Part shown: piece by piece, positions 1 to 12,725 of the stretch | Layout of the letters: each line of letters begins with the position of its first letter | Position numbering within the stretch: the stretch's first letter is position 1 | Assembly: GCF_006345805.1 (NCBI RefSeq) | Contig: NC_043003.1 | Span: 66,898,001 to 66,962,000 of the forward strand | Origin: Octopus sinensis | Taxonomy: Eukaryota | Length of the DNA: 64,000 bases | Direction: 5' to 3' | Program-made: the position numbers and the translations under genes | The notes under the pieces: generated by a model | What the model saw: only the letters and a program-made list of their open reading frames with translations | Told to the model about the DNA's origin: nothing | Database searches by the model: none

Positions 1-548
1 GAACAGCAGGCTTGATGCTCTGCTTTCCCTATCTGAATCTAAAGCACCGTCGTCAATATCAACAGGTAGAGGCAGTAGAAACAAGAGTAACAACAACAAC
101 AATAGCATAGAATGGAGAGTAACAGTGAGACGAACACTGATTTGGCCAACAGTACTGCCGCAATAATTTCGGTGTCAGCAGAAACTACGACAATCACAAC
201 ATTGATCATAAAACCAAATATTGGCTTCAAATTTTGGCACAAGGCCAGCAATTTCGTAGGTGGAAGCTAGACAGTAATATTGACCACAGTGTTCAACTAG
301 TACTTATTTTATTCACCCCAAAAGGACAAAAGGCAAAGTCAATCCCGGTAGAATTTGAGCTCAGAACACAAGAATGGACGAAACATCGCCAAGCATTGTG
401 TCCGGTGTGCCAACGATTCTGCCAGCTCGCCGCTCTTCAGAAGATGCAAATATTGGTTTCAAATTTTGGCACAAGGCCAACAAAGTGATTTCTACCCTAA
501 TGTTTAACTGGTATTTAGTTCATCAGACGAAATACCGCTAAGTATATT

Positions 549-919
549 TTCTACTCTACAGGCACAAGGCCCGAAATTTTGGGGGAGGGGGCCAGTCGAT
601 TAGGTCGACACTAGTACGCAACTGGTACTTAATTTATCGACGAAAGGCAAAGTCGACCTCGGCGGAATTGTATCACAGAACGTAAAGACAGACGAAATAT
701 CTAGTTCTTTACTAACCACAAGGGGATAAACACAGAGAGGACAAACGGATTAAGTCGATTATATCGACCCTAGTGTGTAACTGGTACTTATTTAATCGAC
801 CCCGAAAGGATGAAAGGCAAAGTCGACCTCGGCGGAATTTGAACACAGAACGTAACGGCAGACGAAATACCGCTAAGCATTTCGCCCGGCGTGCTAACGT
901 TTCTGCCAGTTCATCGCTC
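549..919 (-). mobile_element. tRNA-derived SINE family 1, head plus extra body unit
   Basis: Minus strand reads tggcagaaacgttagcacgccgggcgaaatgcttagcggtatttcg (A-box-like) then GTGTTCAAATTCC (B-box). The body gtcgactttgcctttcatcctttcggggtcg recurs in many places in the window. Confidence 0.85.
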
Positions 920-1254
920 TATTCTAAAATACGTATGTTATCGCCACAATGAGCACATTAATATAACGAACACAATCACCACCGTCAACATAATCGCCAT
1001 CTTCACAGACAATAGCACAATTGGTTAATACAGTTAACACCACAACCAACAGATCAAGCGTTAATGTGTTCATTAACGGGGTTCGAATGCTAGTGCTAGT
1101 TTCTCTAACGCCGCGAGAAAATCTGAAAAATTTTCTATGAAAGATTGGTAGAACAGTATCCGCACGAGACACAAAGCAAATATTGAACTCAGCACATTTT
1201 TTTCTCTCTCTCTCCGTTTTTACCTTCTTAATCCCTTCTGTCGAAGAGCGTAGG

Positions 1255-1290
1255 CTCGAAACGTAAAAGACTTTTCCATTCTTCCAGAGC
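1255..1290 (+). ncRNA. degenerate hammerhead-like motif, repeat family A
   Basis: CCTT-CTGTCGA-A-GAGC(GTAG)GCTC-GAAA-CG-TA-AAAG: helix II and GAAA are intact, but core A6 is T. A paralog lies on the minus strand at about 3163-3198. Confidence 0.5.
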
Positions 1291-1955
1291 GTTAAATACA
1301 CCCATTTTTTGTTCGTGCACCTGTCTTCGTCTTTTGTTTTCTGTAAATTTGAACTATGTATATATATATGGTAAATGAAAGACGGAAGATGGAATATACG
1401 AGAATTTATTATTAATCACGACAAGTGTTTCGACATATCAAGCATCGATGCCTCACGGGTGGGACACTTAACAACTGATTTAGGACCATATACATAACAA
1501 ACGCTGCGAAAATAACTATGCTTTACCAGTAATCTACGAGATGTAAACCATTCATTTTATTATATATATACGGGCCAAATAATTCAGGAGAAAATAGTTG
1601 CGAAGATATCATTGGTTCTAGTGTAACAATTAAAAGTGAAAATAAAACGAATTAGTTGAGGTGCAGACTTCAACGTGACGGGTTGGTGCTCTCTATCGTG
1701 TTAACGCGTGCTGAGGTGGATGAGGCTAAAATGCCAGTCCAGAAACCGGTTCACGTGAGTCCAGATACTTGAATGTATGCTAAGAGATTGTCTTAGCCCC
1801 TTTGCCTTCAGATTGATTTCTGTAATTATTATCAGCGTATGTTGGCGATTTAAATAAGAGTTTTGACTGTTATATCCAGCAGGTAGACATACTTAGGATG
1901 TACTTTGATTACTATACATACAGACATATATACATACATAATACACACATATATA

Positions 1956-2009
<54 letters not shown>

Positions 2010-2033
2010 CATACATATACATACATACATACG

Positions 2034-2068
<35 letters not shown>

Positions 2069-2098
2069 TATATATATTATATATATATATATATTATA

Positions 2099-3034
2099 TA
2101 TATAGGTAAACAGTAAAAATAATTACAGACATGGACAAGAACATGAAACACCACAGAGACGACACAAGAACCACAGGACGGGACATTCGAAGCCCTCAGT
2201 CATCAGTCAAGAACCAGATCATCTTAGCAATTTCGGCTGATTAATCTTGAGATTGCTCCGATATGGCCAGCCCGCCAAGGGAAATCTAAGCCAAGGGCAT
2301 TAGATCCCCTGGAAGAAAGCTTCGAATGTATACAACGCGAGGACGGAAAACGAACGAAGTACACAAACAAAAATACAGAATACGTGACACCAATAAGAAT
2401 ACAAAAACGTAAAAACAATAACGGTAAAAATAAAAATAAACAACAAAACAAAACCAGGACGTAGGACAAGGGTCTTTCGACAGGACGAGTTGAGTATGGG
2501 GCTGGCTTGTGAAGTTGTGCCTAATGGCCGCGGGGAGACGAACAAATACGTGTTGCTTCTGCGACTGCTGAAAACGAAAAGAGCGCTCAACAGCGGCTAG
2601 CGGTCACGTGAGAACAAAAGACAGGAGAAAGGGACAAATGAAAAGAGAGAGAAGGTGGACGAGGGAGGAGAAGAAAGAGACAGATCGAGGGGGCTGGAGG
2701 TGAGAGAGATAGAGAAACGTAGAAGGGGGGGGGGAGACGGATGGAGAGGGAAAGAAAGGAAGGGGAATAAGGGAGGAGAGAGAGAGAGAAAAAGAGACAG
2801 ATTAAGAGTCGTATCAATGCTAGAGAAAAAATATACTTATCGTATAAGGACAATTGTGGATACGTAGCCGCCGATTATATAGGTAAACAGTAAAAATAAT
2901 TACAGACATGGACAAGAACATGAAACACCACAGAGACGACACAAGAACCACAGGACGGGACATTCGAAGCCCTCAGTCATCAGTCAAGAACCAGATCATC
3001 TTAGCAATTCGGCTGATTAATCTTGAGATTGCTC

Positions 3035-3039
<5 letters not shown>
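2099..3039. mobile_element. non-coding element with ~160-bp direct terminal repeats (778-bp period)
   Basis: tataggtaaacagtaaaaataattacagacatggac...gagattgctccgatat occurs at about 2099-2263 and 2877-3039. The interior is GA-rich and non-coding, and both flanks are (TA)n. Confidence 0.8.
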
Positions 3040-3068
<29 letters not shown>

Positions 3069-3236
3069 CGGGAAGCTTTATGAAAATAAACAAAAGACGA
3101 AGGCAGGTGGAATACAAACAAACAATTGTATTAGTATGGTGCTCAGGAATATAATAACACAAGTCTTTTACGTTTCGAGCCTACGCTCTTCAACAAAATA
3201 TACACAGAAAGAAACACAGAAGAAACAAGGAGAGAG

Positions 3237-3283
<47 letters not shown>

Positions 3284-4039
3284 ACATATATTACTTGTTT
3301 CGGTCATTTAACTGCGGCCATGCTAGAGCACCGTCTTTAGTCGAACAAATCGACCACAGGACTTATTCTTTGTAAGTCTAGCACATATTCTATCGGTCTC
3401 TTTTGCCGAACCGCTACGTTACAGGAACATAAGCACACCAACACCGGTTGTTATGTGATGTTGGGGGGACACACAGACACAAATAACAAAGACACACACA
3501 CACACACACATATATATATGTGTGTGTGTGTGTATGTGTGTGTATTGATAGATATAGGTATAAAGTAGCGATTTGAATGGGTTGTTAGCACGCCGGGCAA
3601 AATGCTTAGCAGCATCACGTTCTCAATTCAAATTCTGCCGCGGTCGATTTAGTCTTTTTCCTTTGGGGCTCGATAATACAATTACCAGTTAAACAATTGA
3701 GTCGACATAACCGACTTATCCGCTTCCTCGAAATTACAGGCTCTGTGCTAAAATTTGAAACCATCAGTATATGTAGGTGTCTGAGGCGGGGAGATGGCAG
3801 AATCGTTAGCAAACCGACCAGAATGCATAGCGGCACTTCTTCTCCCTTTATAGCCTAAGTCCAAAGCCCACCGAGAGTGACTCTGCATTCTTCTTAGGAC
3901 CTAAATATCTGTAAGACACACCACGACGCCACCACCTTCTTGAAACAATAGTTTCAAATTTTAGCACTAGGCCAGCAATTTTAGGGTAGTGGTTAGTCTA
4001 TTACATCAACCGCAGTATTATTTTATAGACTTATTTTAT

Positions 4040-4440
4040 GGCCTGTGGAGGCGCAATGGCTCAGTGGTTAAGGCAGTGGACTCATGGTCATAGAATCGCA
4101 GTTTCGATTTACAGACCAGGCGTTGTGAGTGTTTATTGAGCGAAAACAAACACTTAAAGCCGCGAAGCCCCGGTAGGGGCTGGTGGTGAACCCTGCTGCA
4201 CTCTTTCACCACAATTTTCTCTCACTCTTTCTTCTTGTTTCTGTTGTACGTGTATTTCAAAGGGCCAGCCTTGTCACACACTGTGTTACGCCGAATCTCG
4301 CTGAATCTCTCCGAGAACTACATTAAAGGTACACGTGTCTGTAGAATGCTAAGACAATTACACGTTAATTTCACGAGCAAGCTGATCCATTGATCGGATC
4401 AACTGGAACCCTTGTCATCGTAACCGACAGGGTGCCGTAA
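4040..4440 (+). mobile_element. tRNA-derived SINE family 3, near full length
   Basis: A-box TGGCTCAGTGG and B-box-like GTTTCGATTT. Its 3' body recurs at about 8770-9050 (+), 34245-34515 (+), 57458-57600 (-) and 59424-59575 (-). Confidence 0.75.
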
Positions 4441-4479
4441 TAGTAATTTTATGGACTAAGAAAAAAATAAATAAAGTTG

Positions 4480-5170
4480 ACCTCACTGGAATTTGAACTT
4501 AGAACATAAAGACAGACGAAATTCATCTAAGCATTTCGGCTGGCATGCTAACGATTCTGCCAGCTTGGCGCATTCCTCCTTATAGTAATACCAATTTGAA
4601 TCAATGTCAGCAGATTTGATGGGAGGGGGATAGTCTATTATATCGACCTTCGTACTCGAATTGTACTTTATTTTATTGAAAACCGAAAGGGTGAAAGGCA
4701 CCGGTGTTCTCTGGAGAATTGTATCTCAGGACGTAAAGAGCTGGACGATTTATAGTTAAGTATTTTGTCCGGCATAGTAACCTTTTCTACTCTAGGCACA
4801 AGGCCTGAAATTTTTTGGGGGGGCAGTCGATAAGATCTACCCTGATACGCAACTGGTACTTAATTTTTCGACCCGAAAGGATAAAAGGCAAAGACGACCT
4901 TGGCGGAATTTGAATTCAGAACGTTAAAGACAGACGAAATACCTATTTCTTTACTACCCACAAGGGGCTAAACACAGAGAGGACAAACAAGGACAGACAA
5001 ACGGATTAAGTCGATTATATCGACGCCAGTGCGTAACTGGTACTTATTTAATCGACCCCGAAAGGATGAAAAGCAAAGTCGACCTTGGCGGAATTTGAAC
5101 TCAGAACGTAGCGGGAGACGAAATACCGCTAAGCATTTCGCCCGGCGTGCTAACGTTTCTGCCATATCGC
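4480..5170 (-). mobile_element. cluster of SINE family 1 copies/multimer
   Basis: Repeated ggcggaatttgaactcagaacg and cgaaaggatgaaaggcaaagtcgacc blocks. Confidence 0.8.
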
Positions 5171-6009
5171 CAACTCTTGTCCGACACAGTAACATTTCTG
5201 CTAGCCCTTCACCTAACACTTCTTGTCATTATAATCCTTTTCATTATAGGTACAAGACAAGCAATTTAGGGGGAGGGGCTAAGTCGATTACTTCGACCCC
5301 GGCGCTCAAGTGGTATTTTATTTTATCGATCTCGAAAGAATGAAACCCTTACTGATTTAGGCACAACACCTGGCATTTTGGAAGAGGGGTTGGGCTAGGT
5401 AATTACATCTAACCTAGTCTTCAACTGGTGGTGGAATTCGAATGCGGGACGTATGCTTAACGGCATTTTGTCCGGCGTGCTAACGATTCTGACAATTCGC
5501 AGCCCTAATTCTTGTTGTATAAATCTTTACTAATTTAGGCACAATGCCTGGCGTTTTGGGAGGGCAGGGGATAGCCAATTACATCGCTGCTAGTCTTCAA
5601 ATGGTACTTATCGACCCCGAAAGGATGAAAGGCAAAGTTGTTCTTGATGGAATTGGAAATGAGAATGTAAAACCTGAATCATATTCATGGTAGAAGATAT
5701 AAAGACGACAAGTGTATAACAAAGAATAAAGTTTTCAAAGATGTCCCCTCTTATGACTGAAGCTTCAGTTCTACTTGTATGAACCCAACACCACCTCGAG
5801 AATCGAATGATGTACGAATCATACAATTTCAAAGCGGGGTAAAAAAAAAAAATTTTTTTTTAAAACACTTACGTTTTTCTTGGTTCTTCACGAGCTTCCA
5901 GCAAATTAATTTTTTTCTTTTCAGAATAATAGTGCCATCTTCACGGATCCAGCTTAATAATAATGAACACTCATCAATCCTACCACAACCACGACCACCA
6001 CCACCGCCA

Positions 6010-6475
6010 GTATCTCTGTAACATCATCGTCATCATCATCATCATCATCATCACTATCTATATCATCGTCGTCGTTGTCCTCATCATAGCTTTCATTTCC
6101 ATCACTATCATAGCCGTCGCCGTTTTCCTCCATTTTCTTCTTCTTCTTCTTCTTCTTCTTCTTCTTCTTCTTCTTCTTCTTCGTCTTCTTCTTCTCCTTC
6201 TCCTCCTTCTCCTCTTCATTCATTTCGTCTTTCCCCTCTTCATCATTATCATTAACATCTTTTACAGTACCGTCATCGTCCTCAGTGTCCCTCGCCCACT
6301 CTTCCTCCCTCTCCTTATCATCATCATCATCAATATCATTATTATCGTCATCGCCATCATGGTCATGATCCTGATGATGTTCATCATCACCGCCGTTGTC
6401 GTCAACATCATCATCATCATCCTCATAATCCTCATCATAATCATAATCATCATCATCATCATCAGGAACACTCAT
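6010..6475. repeat. compound (ATC)n/(TTC)n trinucleotide tract
   Basis: Directly visible. It produces the spurious D/E/K-rich and I/L-rich ORFs. Confidence 0.9.
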
Positions 6476-8065
6476 CATTTCATTTCTCTCTGTATTTTCT
6501 ATTTACTTTTTATTAAAGAATTATATTTTTATACGTTGTTATATTTTTTCCAAATCTCTTTCCCCGCCTCCGCAACACCCTCCCACACCTTCCACATTTA
6601 TGTATTTATTTATTAATTTATTTATTTATTCTTTTAACATTTGAAAACGAAAAAAATGAAAGTGAAAAAAAAGAAATCTTTAATGAACAAATCTGATGTC
6701 GCTAATGCATTAAAAAAATATCTGATTTTTTTTTTTATTTCAAAAAAAAAAAATTCTATTTTATTATTTTCGAAATGAAATAAAAATAAAACCCGCGCAA
6801 AAAACATAAATAAATAAACAAATAAAAAAAACAAAAAAAAATCACAAATTCAAACAAAAAGAATCCCATAAACAAGATTTGCACAGTGGTGGAAGGGGAG
6901 GGCAGGAGGGGCAAATAAAGGAATTAACGTGTTTATAACGACACTAGCACTGAAGGGGCTTGTTGTTGTTATTGTTGTTGTTGAAATTGTTATTGCTGTT
7001 GTTGCATTTATGCATGTGTAGTGACAAGTTCATCCATCTTCTATTGTTCTTTATGGAAATTCTGAGTACAGTATTTTTTTTCTTAAAGTATTACCCAGAA
7101 TGATTTTGTAGCTTTAGGTTTTTTATGTGTTTTGTATTAGAAAAAGAAAAAAAAACAAGAATTATCATCATATGCATATATACATATAATGCCACACACT
7201 TACACTTACACACAGAGGCATACACGTATATGACCATATATAAAAGTCACACCTACGTATATACACACACACACACATGCACACAGATGCATACATTTAT
7301 ACACAGTAGTACCCATGAATACACATGGGTGAATTAGTATACACATGCAAATATATATACACACAAAAATAAAAGAAACGCACATGACCGCATTTGCACG
7401 GGAACTTAAGTATTTAAAAATCGCACGCAAAGACACACGCACAAACATACATAAACATGCATAGAAATACACATCCATGTACAGTATACACATATGCACA
7501 TAGACACACACACACACACGCACACAGATACATAAACAAAGACACCCCCCCTGATACACATACACACGTACACACACAAATGCCTCCGTACACCAACACA
7601 CGTACACATTTGCAATATATGAATGTTGTTGTTACTATTGTTGGTTCTTTATAGCTCTAGGTCAGCCCTGATCAAATAGAACTGTGATCAAAACACTTCC
7701 AGCCGTGCCCATCATGTCTATTTTTGTCCATAAGAAATTCCTTGCTCCAATGATTCCCTCTCTCTTAAAGTCGGTAAGCGGTGACTCGAGAGGGATTTGG
7801 CTACTTTTTCTAGCAGGTCGATATATGGTTATTCTAATTATTCCCTTTTGTTTTTCTTTTCTTGTTTCAATCATTAGACTGCGGCCATACAGCAGCACCG
7901 CACTGAAGAATGTTTTGTCGAACGGAACGACCCGACTACTTCCTTTTTTATAAGCCTAGTACTTAGTGTATCTTTTGCCGAACTGCTGACATAGTGGGGA
8001 GTAAACACACCAACACCGATTGTCAATCAGTGGGGGAATGGGAGAAACACAGACATAAAAACACG

Positions 8066-8105
<40 letters not shown>

Positions 8106-8233
8106 CAGACATATATATACATACATACATACATATATATGTGTGTGTGTGTGTGTGTGTCTGTGAATGTGTGTGTGTGTGTGTTAGCACGATGGGCTTT
8201 TTCAATGTCTGACTACTAAATCCACTCACAAAT

Positions 8234-8278
<45 letters not shown>

Positions 8279-8408
8279 TACATACATACTTTGTTAATAA
8301 AGCATATTACTATACATCCGAAATTCGAGTACTGTTTTCCACCTTGTTTCGCATTTATTTTCTTCCTCAGGTGTGTGTGTGTGTGTGCATATATATATAT
8401 ATATACAT

Positions 8409-8447
<39 letters not shown>

Positions 8448-9324
8448 ATATATATATATTATATATACATACACACACATATATACATACAGACTCAGAA
8501 ACACCTACATACATACATACATATATATGTGCGTGTGTGTGTGTGTGTTAGCACGATGGGCTTCTTTCAATATCCGACTACTAAATCCACTCACAAATCT
8601 TTGGTCGCCCCGAATCTATCGTAAAAAATACTTGCGGAAGGTACCACGCAGTGGGACGGAACGTGGAACCATGTAGCTGGGAAGCAAACTTCTTACCACA
8701 CAGCCACGCCGGTTGTTCACTCGAGTAAAACTTACGCGCAAGTTGCGTTCCAACCCAGAGAAGCAATGAGGAAGGCGCGTAGCTAAGTGGTTAGGGGTAT
8801 TCGACTCACGTTCTTACGTTCGAATCTTTCCCTGAGCAAGGCACTTTATTTCACATTGCTCTAGTTACACTTATATTTCTAAGTGCCATCTTTCGTTGCA
8901 TTTTGTGCCATGCTGAATCTACGTCAGTACTACGTTGACGTTACGTTTGTCTGTGGAGTACTCAACCACTTGTACGTTAATTTTACAAGCATGACGTTCC
9001 GTTGATCTGATCATCTGCAATCCACGTTGTCGCAACCAAGGGAATGCCAAATATTTTTTTCTTTATTTGTTATCCAATGTGTCATTCTGTTTTAGTACGA
9101 CACGATGTCATTCGAGGGAGATTTTACTGTTGTATCTAGCTGCTCGAGGTTATTATTGTTAAGGAGGTATATTTCTGATGGAGAATAATCTAAGTGTAAA
9201 AATGTTCCAGGTGTGGCAAATCAGTTTTTTTTATTAAAAGCACACAGCATCGCATTTACAACTATAGACAACCAAACGTAGCCGTTGTTTCATTAAGACA
9301 ATATTCTTTTATTCTGTTATTCTC

Positions 9325-9517
9325 TTTATTCTAGAGCAGTGTCTTTAGTCGGTAAAATTGACCCCAGGACTTATTCTGTGTACGCATAGCACTTATCCTA
9401 TCGCGTCTCTTTTGCCGAACCGCTAAGATACGGAAACGTAAACATACCAACAACTGTTGCCAAACGATGGTAGGGAGACAAACACATACATGCATACATA
9501 TACATTGTATATATATA

Positions 9518-9562
<45 letters not shown>

Positions 9563-9770
9563 ATATATATAATATATATACATATATATACATACACACA
9601 TACAACAAGCTTCTTTCTGTTTCCGTCAACCAAATCCACTCATATGGCTTTGATCGGGCCGAGGCTATAGTAGAAGGCACTTGCCCAAGATGCCACACAG
9701 TGGGACTGAAACCGGAACCATTTATTTACAAAGCAAATTTCTTCCCACACAACCACGCTTGCGCCAATAG
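9325..9770 (-). mobile_element. tRNA-derived SINE family 2 with central (TA)n
   Basis: Matches the family body: ccgaaccgctaag...gtaaacataccaa, microsatellite, then ttccgtcaaccaaatccactc...gtgggactgaaaccgg. Confidence 0.8.
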
Positions 9771-10640
9771 CATTTGATTCAAAGGAGATTTTGCTATTAT
9801 TTCTAGGATCAGAAGGATTTTGAAATTATTATTGTTCAGGACTAAGGTGGCGAGATGGCAGAATCGTTACTGCGCAAGAATAAATGCGTCGCGGTATTTA
9901 GTCTACCTCTACGTTCTGAGTTCAAATTCCGCTAAGGTCGACTTTGCATTTCATCTTTTCTGGGTCGATGAAATAAGTACGAATCAAAGGATGAAGTCCA
10001 CGTATTCGACTACATCATCTTCCTCAAATATCGGGCCTTGTACCAAATATTTGTAAGGTTAATTGTTTAGTATCGTGTTAATTCTCATGTTGGGAAATAG
10101 AACAATGAGAAAGAGCTTTCTAACCGTCATCACTTAGTGGTATTTCGCCCGTCGCTACGTTCTGAGTTCAAATTCCGTAGTCGATAAATTAAGTACCAGT
10201 TGACTACTGGGTCGATGTAATTGACTACCCCTCCCCCAAATTTCAGGCCTTGTTGCTACAATAGAAAGAATTATTGTTGAGTATCGTGTTAAATCTAATG
10301 TAGGGAAATAGAACAATGAGGAAAGGCTTTTTAACCGTGACCACTCTGTTTTTTTGTGTGTAGAGACAAATGTCTCTTAGTATACAATGTGTTCCTTCAA
10401 TAAAGCAATACATGAACAGAAATATTTATACAAATCAGGACGGTGCATCAGCCGAATCATTAGAACGTCGAACAAAATGCCTAGATATATCTCTGATATA
10501 TCTCGGGGACGATAAAACGAAGCAGCCGAATATTGATGGACACAATAATATTGGGCTAATTCGAGTCAGGAATCAATTCCGCCTGGCTTTGCTCTTGTAT
10601 GGGTGCAGCCTAATGACTGAAACATGTTAAAGATAAAAGC

Positions 10641-11030
10641 TAGCTTCCCAACCACATGATTCCGGGTTTCTATCCAACTGCATGGCACATTCGGCAAGTG
10701 TCTTATGCTATAGCCTCCGGCCGACCAGGGCCTTGTGAGTGTATTTGGTAGACGGAAACTGAAAGAAGCCCGTTTTATACAAGCTCACACACACACAAAA
10801 ACGTATATATGTATCTGTGTCTTTGTGTCAGTGTGTGTCCCCACCACTGCTTGACAACCAGTGTTGATGTGTTTACGTCCCCGTAACTTAGCGGTTTGAT
10901 AAAAAGAAACTCAGAAAAAGCACTAGGTTAAAAAAAGTCCCAGTGTCAATTTTTTCGACTAAAATTATTCAAGGCGGTACTTCAGTATGGTCGCCGTCGA
11001 ATGACTGAAACAAGTTAAGGATAAAAGATT
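10641..11030 (+). mobile_element. SINE family 2 copy
   Basis: ccaaccacatgattccggg...ggcaagtgtctt...gaaagaagcccg...cttgacaacc...gtaacttagcggtt...gactgaaacaag. Confidence 0.8.
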
Positions 11031-11121
11031 TAAGCCATCATACATATATACATAAATACATACATACACACATACATACATACATACATACATACATACA
11101 TACATACATACATACATACAT

Positions 11122-11656
11122 AAAATCCCTCTATTATGGAACACATTCATAAACACCAACTCAAGGAATACTAGTGAAATATTCCCGTCAAAACTTCTGT
11201 CAAATGCAAACATAACAGGCCGGATATTGTTGTTTGTGATAGAGAGGCGAAGGTGCGTATAGTAATAGAGGTCAGCTGCTCTGCAGGTATAAATATCTCT
11301 TTGAAAATCAAAGAAGAGAATATCTATGGGCAACTGCTTCGAAACTTCCAGCTTCTATATCCAGACTATGAATTCATATTCATGCCAATAATAATTAGAG
11401 CATTAGGTTTTGTTAGAAAATCATTGAGGGAGAATCTTGATAAACAGGGATTCTCAGAAAGAGAAATTGACCGGCTAAACCATCCATTATAAGTGCAATC
11501 TGTGAGCGGAACAGTAAATATATGCAACACTTTTCTCAAGTTCCAAATGTAAATTTGCCTTTGTTAACTGCATCCCAAAGATTGAGCCTTGCATCTTTGT
11601 TGGAGATCCGCTCCATCCTCAGTGGAATATTTATAATAATAAAAAAATAGAAGAGA
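11122..11656 (+). mobile_element. 3' fragment of an RLE-type non-LTR retrotransposon (HERO/NeSL-like), decayed
   Basis: Translates (with frameshifts) to KCKHNRPDIVVCDREAKVRIVIEVSC...IYGQLLRNFQLLYPDYEFIFMPIIIRALG...SVSGTVNICNTFLKFQM*. This has the PD..E endonuclease pattern and the usual PII.GALG-type C-terminus. (CATA)n lies on both sides. Confidence 0.8.
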
Positions 11657-11754
11657 TACATACATGCATGCATACATACATGCATACATACATACACATA
11701 TACACACATACATACTTACATTCATACATACAAACATACATACATACATACATA

Positions 11755-12115
11755 CAGCTGCCCAGCGAATGTTAAGATAAAGCTGAAGAACAGTGAAAAA
11801 GAGAATACCTACGCTGAACTATTGAGAAATTTATAGCTATTCTAGCAAGATTACAAGTCCAGGTTTATACCTGTAATAATTGGCGCCCTGGGATGTGCAA
11901 CATACTGCATAAATACCAATCTTGAGAAATTAGGCTTCTCAACACCAGAAAGGAGAAATCTAATTCGGAGACTATAGATCCAATCCATCACTGGAACTGT
12001 AAAAATCTGTAAAATTTTCCAGAAGTTTATCATTTAAATATACATGAGCATGTCTAGACATGCAACTATATGAATGAGAATATATACACACAGCAAAACA
12101 TACAAATCTACAAAC
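11755..12115 (+). mobile_element. second RLE-type non-LTR 3' fragment (related family)
   Basis: SCPANVKIKLKNSEKENTYAELLRNL*...FIPVIIGALG...LEKLGFS...IQSITGTVKICKIFQKFII*, homologous to 11122-11552. Confidence 0.8.
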
Positions 12116-12121
12116 ATACAT

Positions 12122-12275
12122 GTTGGTGATTGTCTACTCCTTATGCAAGATTTACAAATTTCTGTACCTACGCCTTAGAACCATCATGGTATCTGATGTG
12201 GCTTATTAAAGCAGACAATGTATTGAAAAGACACCCACATATATTGCATAACCGATTTGGACGAAGAGATGCACG
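12122..12275 (-). mobile_element. 3' tip of a LINE-like element ending in a C2H2 finger
   Basis: LRPNRLCNICGCLFNTLSALISHIRYHDGSKA* followed by a UTR homologous to that at 31875-31929. Confidence 0.65.
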
Positions 12276-12452
12276 CATACATACATGCATGCATACATGC
12301 ATATATGCATACATATATGCATGCATGCATACATATATACATGCATACATGCATACATACATGCATACACACATAAATACATGCATGCATACATATATGC
12401 ATGCATACATACCTACATTCATACATGCATACATACATACATACAAAAATTC

Positions 12453-12725
12453 CTTCTTGATGTTGAAATTCCAATGAAGGTGCCTTGGATCTAGGTTAGG
12501 AACTGGGTCTTTCTCCATTGGCAAGAAATCTTGGAATAAAACTGAACAATGACATACATACATACATGCATGCGTACATACATACATACGTACATACATA
12601 TATACATACATACATACCCTGTTGATGTTGTTCAAATTCCAATGAAGGAGCCTCGGATCTAAGTTAGAAACCAACTCTTTCTCTATTGCCAAAAACATCT
12701 TGAATTAAACTGAATAATAACATAC
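12453..12725 (+). mobile_element. two tandem ~100-bp 3' tips of the (CATA)n-associated element
   Basis: ttgatgttg(a/ttc)aaattccaatgaagg(t/a)gcc(t)(t/c)ggatcta(g/a)gttag...aactgaa(c/t)aat occurs twice, each followed by (CATA)n. Further copies are at 44845-44945 (+) and 32651-32745 (-). Confidence 0.7.

Noticed and set aside
1-165. Open frame at the window start (NSRLDALLSLSESKAPSSIST) with a possible donor ACAG|GTAGAG
   Set aside because: No recognisable domain, no visible acceptor, and it runs into low-complexity AAC repeats.
4040-4125. tRNA-like sequences at SINE heads
   Set aside because: A/B boxes are present but there is no complete cloverleaf, and they are fused to repeated SINE bodies; not tRNA genes.
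5954-6478. 174-aa acidic/lysine-rich ORF
   Set aside because: Translation of (GAT)n/(GAA)n microsatellite; overlapping frames are equally open.
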